Source: Haliotis cracherodii
Taxonomy: Eukaryota
DNA: 64,000 nucleotides
Direction of reading: 5' to 3'
Assembly (NCBI RefSeq): GCF_022045235.1
Contig: NW_027266275.1
Location: forward strand, 28,396,001 to 28,460,000
A model generated the notes under the pieces. That model worked only from the letters and a program-made list of their open reading frames with translations, had not been told where the DNA came from and ran no database searches. Below, one piece after another: positions 1 to 11,179 of this stretch (its first letter is position 1; every line of letters begins with the position of its first letter). The translations under genes and the position numbers were made by a program.

Positions 1-999
1 TTTGACACCATGACCTTTCAAAAGAAACAATCTTGATTTATGATGTTCACAAAAAATCCATGGACTTAGAATAGCTGGATTTACTTGTGGTGCTATGTTC
101 AACCAAATCACCTATACACAGCTGTAACAACCTGGAGGAAAGGTCACACAAAATACACATTTTTTATATATGGTTTGATACATATATGTATGAATCTAAA
201 AGTGCTGTGTCATCAGTTGAACATTGAAGTCTCCCTCTAACCATTGTACATGAGCTGAATCATATCAGCAATGCTGCAGCATCATGCCTTGATGATATTA
301 CTGATCTCTGTCAAACATAACATTTGTAATTCAAACTTCTATATCAGGGCTTTTACATTAACTTTCTTCATTTTTATACCAAGACAAAAATACAATTATA
401 TTGTTGCTTAAAGTGTTTAAATGAAAAGTGAAAAAATAAAATCTAAAAAGAATTCAAAACATGCAGTGAAGAGATCTGTGTGTGTCATGACTGTTATTGT
501 CCCATAGTTGTTAATGTTTGTATGACTGTAAATTAGACATGTTGACACTGGCACTATGTATATAAGGTAAAGTGTTGTGTACAGATACATTGCCATTGTC
601 CACATTGTCTCTACCATTTCCTATCCATTAGATTTGTACAACTTTTATACAAGTATGATATATTATATATACATGAATAAAGATTCTATTTCTATAAAAG
701 AACTATGGTTCTGTTGTTTTTTTCCTGGCATAAAGTTCTGTGGTATGAAACATGCCAAAATTGTAATTGACAATGTATAATATGTGAAGTTCAGAATGGG
801 ACCAGACAGTCACAGACAAGATCAAATTGGCAAATATGTTTAGATTGGAGTAGCATGCTGAGCGAGGGTCTTGTAATGAATCTGGACAGACAGTATGGCA
901 AAGATGGTGTGGCTGTTAAGGAAAAGAGATTGGCTGGACACAGAAAAGGGACATGACGAATAATCGAGTGGGAGTGATGCAGTGTTGGACTGGTGAATG

Positions 1000-2560
1000 A
1001 CAGAAATATGTGCTGGTCAGTGAGAGATGGGCTAGATGACAAAATGGATATATGATCTGGTCAGTGAGTGGAAATATGATGGGTGTGGGCAAGATAAATG
1101 TATATACAATGAGATGGGCTAGATGGAGAGATGGATATATGATGTGGTCAGTGAGTGTTAAACAATGAGATGGGCTAGATGGAGAGATGGATATACATGT
1201 ATGATGTGGTCAGAGAGTGTTAAACAAGATGGGGACATGGGCTAGATGGAGAGAGGGATATACGATGTGGTCAGTGAGTGTTATACAATGAGATGGGCTA
1301 AATCGAGAGATGGATATATAATGTGGTCAGTGAGTGTTAAACAACAAGATGGGGACATGGGCTAGATGGAGAGAGGGATATACGATGTGGTCAGTGAGTG
1401 TTTTATACAATGAGATGGGCTAGATGGAGAGATGGATATATGATGTGGTCAGTGAGTGTTATACAATGAGATGGGCTAGATGGAGAGATTGATATATGAT
1501 GTGGTCAGTGAGTTAAGCAAAGAGATCGGCTATATGGAGAGATGGATATATGATGTGGTCAGTGAGTGTTAAACAATGAGATGGGGACGAGCTAGAAAGA
1601 GAAATGGATATACGATGTGGTCAGTGAGCGTTTAACAATAAGATAGATAAATGAACTGGTCAGTGAGTGTTAAACAACAAGATGGGGACATGGGCTAGAT
1701 GAAGAGATGGATATACGATGTGGTCAGTGAGCGTTAAACAATAAGATAGAAAAATGAACTGGTCAGTGAGTGTTAAACAATAAGATGGGGACATGGGCTA
1801 GATGGAGAGATGGATAAATGATGTGGTCAGTGAGTGTTAAACAATGAGATGGGCTAGATGGAGAGATGGATATATGATGTGGTCAGTGAGTGTTATACAA
1901 TGAGATGGGCTAGATGGAGAGATTGATATATGATGTGGTCAGTGAGTTAAGCAAAGAGATCGGCTATATGGAGAGATGGATATATGATGTGGTCAGTGAG
2001 TGTTAAACAATGAGATGGGGACGAGCTAGAAAGAGAAATGGATATACGATGTGGTCAGTGAGCGTTTAACAATAAGATAGATAAATGAACTGGTCAGTGA
2101 GTGTTAAACAACAAGATGGGGACATGGGCTAGATGGAGAGATGGATATTCGATGTGGTCAGTGAGCGTTAAACAATAAGATAGAAAAATGAACTGGTCAG
2201 TGAGTGTTAAACAATAAGATGGGGACATGGGCTAGATGGAGAGATGGATAAATGATGTGGTCAGTGAGTATTAAACAATGAGATGGGGACATCGGCTAGA
2301 TAGGGAAATGGGTATATGTGGTCTGTTAGTGTTAAACAATAAGATGGGGATATGGGCTAGATAGAGAAATGAATTTAATGAGTTGGTCAGTGAGTATTAA
2401 ACACTAAGATGGGGATATGGGCTAGATAGAGAAATGGATATATGAGCTGATCAATTAGTGTTAAACAATGAGATGGGCTAGATAGAGAAATGGATATATG
2501 AGCTGATCAGTGAGTGTTAAACAATGGGATGGGGACTTGGACAAGATGGAGAGATGGAAA
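1000..2560. repeat. Minisatellite, ~50-60 bp unit (GATGTGGTCAGTGAGTGTTAAACAATGAGATGGGCTAGATGGAGAGATGGATATAT) with variant units
   Basis: The core tggtcagtgag recurs about every 37-60 bp over ~1.5 kb. A multi-unit block at ~1410-1830 is repeated at ~1835-2260. Confidence 0.95.
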
Positions 2561-2629
2561 ATAAGTTCTCGCTCCCTCTGTGTGTACCATGGTTATGTGA
2601 TTGTATCCATGGCGATAGTTGTGACTTAC

Positions 2630-2676
2630 ACTGTCGACCACTGGTTTTCCAGGTAAGGGCCGATTACGCTCATGTG
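2630..2676 (-). CDS. Possible small internal exon of a minus-strand gene (reads xHERNRPLPGKPVVDS or HMSVIGPYLENQWSTV)
   Basis: On the minus strand a pyrimidine tract tctcctatcccctccctCAG precedes it and a GTAAGT donor follows it. No homology recognised. Confidence 0.3.
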
Positions 2677-4905
2677 CTGAGGGAGGGGATAGGAGACAAT
2701 CGTGAGTGGTGATTTAGCAAGAATGGGATGTAGATGGGTTTGACAGATGGGTTTGGTCTGTGACACATTGCAATTGGAAAGAACGTATTATCATACCGCG
2801 AAAGGCAGTTTGACATTGTGCTAAATGCATCATTAATGGTCAAAGCAGTATAAAATACCAGTCTTCGTACCTAACTAGAATCCGAAACAAAAATGCTCAC
2901 CACATAAAGCTGGGAATACAAGTTAAAGCATGCATATGTGCCCATAACAGATATATCACGGTTCTTTCCTTCTGTCCAGAAATACTCGCACGAAATTGTA
3001 AGCAACTGACAAGAACAAATGGTATCTGCTATGTGAATGCGAACTTGTCATGTTCTCAGCTCGGCAAACATCGGCCTCTGTCGGAATAATCCTGCGCATT
3101 GGCCAGGAGTCCGGTCACGTAGCATGTGCCGCGACGGGGAAGATGACAGAAAGCACAAGCTGTTTGTTTGTTTCCCGAGCCTCATGTCTAAACGACACAC
3201 CTAGTCATGGGGCACACAAGCTGTTGACACAGTGTGTATCTTGAAGACATCAACATCGTTTGTTCACAGTAGTCTATGTTGCCATATAAACTCTTAAAAT
3301 ACGACGTAAAGTAAGAGCTTTCGGTGAGGTACATTTACTGGCCACTATTTTCAATTAGTTGTCTGAGTTCGAAAAATATTCTTCCTGATAATAGTGTATT
3401 AATTTTGTTTAAAACATATTGGTTAGGGTTGGTGGTGGTTCGTCATATAGTTATTTGATGAACGAAAATATAGTTGAGCATATCTATCTATCTGTCTATC
3501 TATGTAATTGAAACGTATGAAATATGAATTATATTGAGGACGTGTTATATAAAACGTTTTCGTGATCATATAATCCATAATAAATTATAACCGTTTATCA
3601 GTCAGGGATACTTAGACAACTCCGTTAAATACCATGTGATGTCACATCGTTATTATAGAAGATTTGTAAAGAAGCATTATATTAGTACATAAGTTGTTTT
3701 CCTTAGTCAGGATCTTCTGTTAACGGAAAACTTAGGAAGCATTATAAAGTACATAAGTTGTACCATGTGATTTCAAAGTAGACGTTAATACCTAACGATT
3801 TGCTGACGAATGTCATCGTATCCCAAACAAACAATCTGACGAATGTCAGACAATAACATCTGCTCATCGAAACAGTCGTATGTCCATCATGCACAATATC
3901 TGATTATGTACATGTAAAATTCCCTACTGAAGAAAAGGTCTACCGAAGAAGCTGGGCCTACCACGCTCTTTGAGTTGATCATTATTAAAACTGATATACA
4001 TTGGACGAGTCATAAAAAAGAAATTCTGTGTAGACCTAGGAACACTTCATTTTGAACCATGTCAATACCTTCAGATTCAAAGCATTGATTTGGTTTAATG
4101 TCTGGGCTGGATTCGATTATTTACAAAAAAAACCTATTGTTTTGTAATTCACGTAAGTATAAGTTTGGGGTATGTGTAGTGAGACAGGGATCGGGTCTGC
4201 CACGATTTCTAGCAGGGATGCTGCACTTGCCGCAGGCACTTATAGCGGTTTCTCTGACAGTCAGCTAGTCTGTCATACAGACCCTGAAACAAATATATCC
4301 AATACTGCCCATGCAAGTCTATAGTATTTGGCAAGTCTGGATTACTGCAGTATCTGAAAACGAAGATAATCTCAGGGCTCTATATTGTATTTCATAACTA
4401 TAATTTAACAACTGTTTGTATCCGTAAAATATGTTCATTTCAGAGGTTAGATGTTCATCTAACAGCCTGCCCGTCTCGGTGTCGTTAACCGCAACATCAC
4501 GTGCGATAGATAGTCCGGTAATTAAAGGTTTATTTTTCATGAAGGTTCAACAAAATTGACGGAAAAGGTTTTTTAACACATTTCACTGCCTTGATAGGTC
4601 TACTTTAAAAAAAAAAATAGTTTACCAAAATTTGACTTGGGGAAACACCCAAAATAGGTCAAATCCAAGATGGCCGCCATCAATACAAACGAAAATCGAA
4701 AAAGTAAAAAAAAAAGAATCAATCAAAATCTAAACATGGATGATGACTCTATTTATAATCAACTTCATAAGATTAAGACAGGGAAATATATATTTAACAA
4801 TTTTAAAGTGAAATCTTACACAGAAATAAATTACGGCTGCCCGAAATGTGAAAAAAATGCAATTGTTCCATATCGGACTACAAAATACTTAACACGGCCT
4901 TATAA

Positions 4906-5328
4906 AGAGGGAATAACCCTGCAATACTACAGTTTACAAGTCAAACTTACTATCAATTTAAATGTCTAAAGTTCAAGACAGTCACACAGAGACGATTATT
5001 CAGTAATGTCAGAGAAGTCATGACTTGGTCCATTTGAAAATGTCATCCCTTTGCATTGTCCACATGCTGAGGTACATTGTAGACAAAAAAATTCTGCATG
5101 AGCATGAGCAAAGAGGGAATAACCCTGCAATACTACAGTTTACAAGTCAAACTTACAATCAATTTAAATGTCTAAAGTTCAAGACAGTCACACTCATATA
5201 TTGGACATGAAGAGACGATTATTCAGTAATGTCAGAGAAGTCATGACTTGGTCCATTTGAAAATGTCATCCCTTTGCATTGACCACATGCTGAGGTACAT
5301 TGTAGACAAAAAAATTCTGCATGAGCAT
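4906..5328. repeat. Local ~200 bp tandem duplication inside the Academ element
   Basis: aagagggaataaccctgcaatactac...ctgcatgagcatg occurs at ~4906-5107 and again at ~5111-5329. Confidence 0.85.
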
Positions 5329-7845
5329 GTGTTTTCATCACACTTTCCAGTGCAATTGTATCTGATTATTTTCAACAGAAATTTAGGAGTGACAGCTTGG
5401 TGCCTTGTGATTGGTTTCAATATAGTGCCCTTGTTGCTCTTGTGAAACGTCCAGCCCCATTCTGTCGCATACATATTGTTGCCTAGCCAGGTCTGCACTT
5501 GGAGTCAGACTCGTTGGCTGGGCAATCTGGCAGCATCTGATGTCGGTGGAAGGTGTCGAAGGGTTAGGTAATTTGAGATTGATAGATACCTTCTCAGTGA
5601 ATTTTGTCACACGTTCAGAATTCAAATCCAAGCCAGGCATACAGCCGCAGAGGATTGCAAGTGCCTGATTACCAGCCTGCTCGATTTCTGCATGGTTTCC
5701 ACCTGTCACCATGAAAACCTTTGAATATTCCTGAGACCATCCCTATGCCATATGGCCTCAATGTTGTGTCGGTCCCTGACAATGCATGTACAAAGAGCAA
5801 AGAATGGCTGAGATTAGGATCAAGGATCATCTGTAGGATGAAGATGTCAGTGATCTTTGTACTTGTCTGAAGAAAGATGGCCTCCAGTTCTTCTCTGATG
5901 GGTCTCATCCTTGGTAAAAAAAACACCTCAATAACCATCAAACACGATAACAGCATTGCAGAAGCGGTTCCTCAAGAAATGAGCCCGCACAGCTTGTGAC
6001 ACAGATTTGCCGGACAACATCTGATCTGTACTACCCTCTGAATATACTTGAGTGATGATCTCCTTTAACCCAGATCCAGCCATCAGATTCCCAACTGTAC
6101 CCACAAAACTCATCTAAGTATGGAATCCCCCCAAGACCAGGGCTATTTGATGCAAGGGGCTCTCAGCTGGCCGTGATTCGAAGATCATGTATGCAATTCA
6201 CCAAAGTTGCTGGTCGATTGTAATAACCGGTGTGATTCCATGTCTTCTGGCATACTCCAGCATTGATCTGACACAGGATTCGTCACATGGTGTCACGTTG
6301 ATAATCAACAAGAATATCTCAGAGCTCTTCCTGGGGTATGGAATGTCAGAATGGAGCAACTGCATGCAACCGGAACACAGTGGTCAACACACACAGAAGT
6401 GGCGCACTCCACAAATTATCTAGTTTGCTATTCTTTTCATCACGACAGAAGTCACCAATTGGTGAATAGATAATGTTCGCCAGCACTGCCTTTGGATTTC
6501 TTTGTGAGAATGGTTTGACACTGTTGATTTTTTTAACATCATCCAAGTCCACCTTAACTCTTGGTACCCTCCGTCTCACCATCTCGCCCATAGCATGGAT
6601 TGAGCCAGTCCCATCAAACCTTTTGCTGGCATGATCTATATAACCAGCCTGGTATTGCACGAATGTATCTGCAATGTCTCTGATTAGGTGAACACCATGA
6701 GTGGTCACCGAGAATTTTCTAAATTTACGAGGAGCTGAAACCGAGTTGGCTTATCATATCCACTAAATTACGATGACCATATATGTGTTATAGTGTGATA
6801 CTTTGTCAAACTTGTCGAGGAGGCAGAAATGATGGGGACATTTCGAATGCATTATTGCCTGACCCAATGACGCAGCTCAGCTCTTGATGATAGCTTGAAG
6901 GAGGATGCGTAATGCATGTGGGAGGTAATCAAGATTGGTGTCAATCAATGCCATCTGCTCATTGTCGAGATACACATCAACATTTTTCTACATGCTCTCT
7001 ACCTGCGTATGAATGTATCCTCCTCCAACTTTAATCAAACTGTCCATGTCGGATTTGTCTACCTTTGCAACATTTTCATATGCCGTAAGAGATGCAATGT
7101 TAGGTTGTTGCCTGATTTGTTATGAATACCTTGTTCCCATAGTGATTCATGAATTCCCTTTTCAGCTGAGATGTAGTGTGTAGTTGATTATCACTCAGTG
7201 CACTCATTGACTTCATAATGTGATGCAAATTGTCCAAAGGAATCGTTTCATCATCATTCTCTTCCAAGTAATAAATGGCAATCTCAAATGCTGTCATCTA
7301 GGACATACACTTCGGTCGACCAAGTCTCCATTTCTTTGGTGGAGCCTCCCCATGTTCAATACATGCTGCAGGTATACTTGTCCCTCTCCGAAAATTCTTA
7401 TCACAAGCATGGTGATGGATAGCTTCTTCAGCTGGTAGATTGTATATGGGCACAATACTTGACTGTACCATCTTGGTCCAATCATCTTGCCTGTTGACAC
7501 AGTATGTTGCAGACATATGTTGAGTAACTGAAGAGCCATCGCAGGGCTGAAGTACACTTCTATATGGATGTTTGTATGCAACATCCTGGTCAATACAAGT
7601 ACTGCATAGAAAACAGTGAGTTTTAAAATTTAAGGCTTTAACATATGATCAAAAGGTTTCAGCTACTTTGATTGCCTTTGAATTTTTATGCATACTTCGA
7701 CACTGTCTGTGTACCAACAGGCTACAGTTGTATATGATGTCTGGTGCATCGAATTTACAGCAGCATTTTGCTGTCAACTTCACATAATCCTGGGGTTTGT
7801 CCAGGTTAACTGGTTCCATACATAGCAAACAAGTCGCCATCTGTG
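5241..7845 (-). pseudogene. Frameshifted Academ transposase / XPG-like nuclease / Cys-rich zinc-finger ORF
   Basis: Collinear minus-strand fragments: MATCLLC..VHRQCR; LPAEEAIHHHAC; [11 protein letters not shown]; FVQY..IDH..FDGTGSIHAMG; ITIDQQLW; LGGFHT*MSFVGTVGNLMAGSGL..MLSGKSVSQAVRAHFL; IVFDGY; LLFVHALSGTDTT; QTWLG..EWGW..LLKIIRYNC..C..CSCR. There are many stops and frameshifts, and an apparent internal deletion near 5960. Confidence 0.8.
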
Positions 7846-9114
7846 ATCTACATAGGACACCTTCAGTTGAGAATAGTCACCTGCGAATAGTAACAGTTGA
7901 TAGAAATATGGTTGACATGTGTCCAGATACAAATGTTGCTTTTCCGATTATAGCAAATGATTTTTGTGCTAAATGTCTTGATTATATCTTCTGAATTAAC
8001 TTTTAATAAAGTTTCTGAGAAGCTAATACCATTTGAGAAAAATAACTGCTTCCCGGAGTTTGGATTATCTCCCTTGATTTTCCTTTAAACAAATGTTGAT
8101 GTTAATTTTAAGGCTCTGTTTCAAATTTTATATTTATATTTGTTCATATTTTCATCAGTTATTCCTCTCTAGAGCCAATCAACTATATATCATACAAGTT
8201 TTCATTTTAGCTATAAAAGAAAAATAGCTTATACATACCTTTATGTTCTTGAGGTCTATCTTTAAGACATTGTATGCTCGGCCGCCATTTTGAAGAAGGG
8301 AATACTTTGGGTTTTTTCAATTATATTTGTTTCTAACTTGATTATTTACGTGAAGACAATAAACTGCATGATTTTATATGCAAAACGTCAACATAATAAT
8401 AAATCGGTTCATGTTCTGCAAGAATTACTGATATTAACAAATTTATTTACTTCTTCGTCATTTTGAAGCATTATTTTAAATTTCTATGTGAATTTTCCTT
8501 TCAAAATTGTTAAATATACATTCTTTTGCATTTATCCTGGCAAGCTAATATAGATAGACTCATCATAAATGGGTTTTTTGTTATTGGTTCCACGTTTATG
8601 ACTATTATTACTTTTGTTGGCGGCCATCTTGGATTTGACCTATTTTCGGATGGTTCCCCATGTCCTATTTTGGTAAACTATTTTTTATTTTAATGTATAG
8701 GTGCCAAGGCACCAAAATCCAGCAATAAACCTTTTCCGTCAATTTTGTTGAACCTAGTCCTTTTAATTACTGGACTAAGAAGGCAACCGAGCCGTGCAAA
8801 TATCTGCCCATACATCTTCCCCCATGGGCATGACATGCCTGGTCGCGTAAGCATTTCAAACATGGTCATTCCTAGACGAGTTTCTCCGAAAGTTGGAAAA
8901 CTGCTCAGCCCCATATTCTACAAACATCTAACCATCTGGAAGTTATCAGAAACAATATGCAGGCTTCAGGCCTCTCCGAATCTGCCTGGTAACATTTGTC
9001 CACCGCCATCTGTGGCAACCGATGGTGTAAGTTCTGCCAACGGAGACGAAGACGAGGATTGGTAGATGGCGTTAAAACGATGCCTATGGTGGTGGATTTC
9101 CTCCACAACACTCT

Positions 9115-9262
9115 CTAAAAGACTCTCCACAAGACAAGTGGGATGACTTACACTTTCCATTAGTCAACATTCCTTATGTCGAGCAATATCCCTGCAGCTC
9201 CTAACTTTTGGGGTACAATCGAGCATGCTCTTTCTACCAAGATTTCAAAGAGCGTCATGGAC
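9115..9262 (+). pseudogene. Fragment of a Penelope-like retroelement reverse transcriptase C-terminal (thumb) region
   Basis: With frameshifts it reads RLSTR..KWDDLHFPLVNIPY..SNIPAAP..FGV..RACSFYQDFKERH, resembling the PLE motif LYDKRDDFNFPIVNFPFLSSNIPxxPAYGVY..RACS. Confidence 0.6.
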
Positions 9263-9339
9263 ATGGTCTATTATGGAGGATATTTCCAAATTTGACGCAT
9301 TGGTGACACAAATGATTCCCGATGTAAATTACCTGTTTT

Positions 9340-9472
9340 GTCAGGCGAACAATTGACTTGCCTTTGCACGTGTTTGTGAGAAAGCAAGAGAATTTAAAAA
9401 TCCAGCATTTCTGGGCATTGTTGGAGACTAATGAGCACGTTTTTACTGTGATGGAGCTGGCCGAAGGGGAAC
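9340..9472 (+). pseudogene. Scrambled relics of an older copy of the array kinase
   Basis: 9419-9472 (gttggagactaatgagcacgtttttactgtgatggagctggccgaaggggaac) aligns to the kinase codons for VLETDKHAFTVMELAEGG (10543-10598) with about 6 differences. ~9356-9370 (gacttgcctttgcacg) resembles the DFGLCT codons. Confidence 0.8.
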
Positions 9473-9487
9473 GTAGCTAGTTACCAA

Positions 9488-10270
9488 CTTGACCTTTAAC
9501 CTTTGATCGTCAAGAACCACCAAGAACCACCTTTGATTGTCCAGAATTACAATTACTACATCTCTCCTATTATAAAGTTGACCTTTGACCTTTGATTGTC
9601 CAATGTTGCTGGAATGCAAGTAAAACTAAAATCACAATCACATCGACCTTTTCCTTCATCTCCATTACAAAGTTGACCTTTGACCTTTGATTGTAAAGAA
9701 TCACAATCACATCATAGTTAAAATCAGGCCTCACAATCTCATCCTTCAAATACAAATTTGACCTTTGACCTCTGATTGTCAAGAATCACGAATGACATCG
9801 ACCCTTTCCATCATCTCCATTACAAAGTTGACCTTTGATTGTCAAGAATCACAATTACATAATATAGTTAAAGTTTTGACCTTTGACCTTTGTTTGTAAA
9901 GAATCACAATCGCATCCTCTTCATTACAAATTTGACCTTTGACCTCTGATTGTCAAGAATTACAATCGTAATATCGACCCTTTCACTTCTCGATTACAAA
10001 GTTGACCTTTGACCTTTGATTGTCATCACAACGTCGACCTTTCTATTTTCCAATCACAAAGTTGACCTTTGACCTTTGATTGTTTGCAAGTTGAAACATC
10101 AACAATAGCACTTCCATGACCTTTGGCCTTTCCATTTCCTGTCATTTGCCCCCTTGACCTTTAGAGCACTTGACCTTGAGTCACCTGATGACCGTGGCTT
10201 TGACCTTTGGGTCCCAATGTGTCTTGTTTGACCTTTATGTGCCCTGACCCCAAGAGGTCACATCGTCCGG
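9488..10270 (+). promoter_or_regulatory. Upstream region of copy 1: cluster of DR1 nuclear-receptor elements plus proximal half-sites
   Basis: Seven perfect TGACCTTTGACCT (= AGGTCA-A-AGGTCA on the minus strand); TGACCTTGA at 10171-10179 overlapping TGAGTCA at 10177-10183; everted TGACCC-N4-AGGTCA at 10245-10260. The motifs are seen directly; regulatory function is inferred. Confidence 0.6.
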
Positions 10271-10271
10271 G

Positions 10272-10310
10272 TATAAAAGGAAGAGATCTTCCATTTCCAG
10301 CATTTCATTT
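10272..10310 (+). promoter_or_regulatory. Core promoter of copy 1: TATA box and Inr-like sequence
   Basis: TATAAAAG at 10272, 57 bp upstream of the ATG, with pyrimidine-rich GCATTTCATTT about 30 bp downstream. Confidence 0.8.
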
Positions 10311-10328
10311 CAATATCATTCATCTATC

Positions 10329-11114
10329 ATGTCATCTATTAAGAACGTTTTGCGTTCGATTGGTTACCAAGTTAAATCCCTCTTAGGAGAGGGAAGCTTT
10401 GGTACGGTTTTGCTCTGTGAAAACATGGTTGACCTTTCGGAGGTTGCCATAAAAATCACAGAAAAAGTTCAGAGCTATGTCTCCAATGAGACGTTTGCTC
10501 TGAAGACTGTGAAACATCCCAACATTGTGGACATCTACGCAGTGTTGGAGACTGATAAGCACGCTTTTACTGTGATGGAGCTGGCCGAGGGGGGAAACCT
10601 CCTGGACCTGCTTGCACAGGAAAGCTTTAGCTTGTCTGAGGAGAGAGTCAAGGTGATCTTTTCCCAACTGGTGGAGGCTGTGAACGCCTGTCATCAGGAG
10701 GGGATTGCACACCGAGATCTTAAGCTGGAAAATGTCCTTTTGGACCTGGACGGCAATGTCAAGCTGTCTGACTTTGGCCTTTGCACGCGCCAAGAGCAAA
10801 GAGAGTCCAGTAATACCTTCTGTGGAACTGTAACTTACTCCTCCCCCGAGGTTCTAACCGGAGAGGAGTATGATGCATTCAAGCTAGACATCTGGAGTTT
10901 GGGGGTCATCCTCTATTCTCTGGTGTGTGGCTCCTTCCCCTTTGACGACTTCAGCATCAGCCAGATGGTTCAGCTGCAGAAAGATCACATCCTTCCATTT
11001 CCCGAGCCCATCAGCTCAGAGTGCAAGGATCTTATTCTGCAAATGTGCCAGCCCGATGTTGCTGGAAGGCCCTCTATCAGACAGGTTCAGAACTCTAGCT
11101 GGCTTTGCCAGTGA
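10329..11114 (+). CDS. TSSK1-like: Testis-specific serine/threonine kinase (TSSK1/2-like, CAMK group), copy 1, intronless, 261 aa
   Basis: All catalytic motifs are present: GEGSFG, VAIK (K42), alphaC E54, HRDLKLEN, DFG, TFCGT (T163), SPE and DIWSLGVILY. The C-lobe VCGSFPFDD..QKDH..FP..ECKDLI..QPDV..R..W closely follows vertebrate TSSK1/2. Confidence 0.93.
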   Translation: MSSIKNVLRSIGYQVKSLLGEGSFGTVLLCENMVDLSEVAIKITEKVQSYVSNETFALKTVKHPNIVDIYAVLETDKHAFTVMELAEGGNLLDLLAQESFSLSEERVKVIFSQLVEAVNACHQEGIAHRDLKLENVLLDLDGNVKLSDFGLCTRQEQRESSNTFCGTVTYSSPEVLTGEEYDAFKLDIWSLGVILYSLVCGSFPFDDFSISQMVQLQKDHILPFPEPISSECKDLILQMCQPDVAGRPSIRQVQNSSWLCQ

Positions 11115-11179
11115 AATCTAAAAGCCTAAAAAGCTAATAATATCAATAATAACACATCACACCCTATTAGACAATCAGA

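Larger units (their letters stand above)
4511..8777 (-). mobile_element. Decayed AcademX-type DNA transposon
   Basis: Imperfect ~160 bp TIRs (4511 TAGTCCGGTAATTAAAGG..GGTTCAACAAAATTGACGGAAAAGGTT..AAAATAGGTCAAATCCAAGATGGCCGCC, mirrored at ~8619-8777 ending GGACTA). A 3-bp TSD, AGA, lies at 4508-4510 and 8778-8780. TAG..CTA termini, a 3-bp TSD and a transposase + XPG-like nuclease + Cys-rich C-terminus match the AcademX description. Confidence 0.85.

Noticed and set aside
8690-8914. Minus-strand LGMTMFEMLT..PW resembling kinase subdomain IX
   Set aside because: It lacks the DxWS motif and any other kinase motif nearby, and the ORF runs into the Academ TIR; likely chance.
10383-10799. 138-aa antisense ORF and 64-aa alternative-frame ORF in each kinase copy
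   Set aside because: They are shadow ORFs of the kinase CDS with non-ATG starts and no recognisable domain, repeated only because the unit is repeated.
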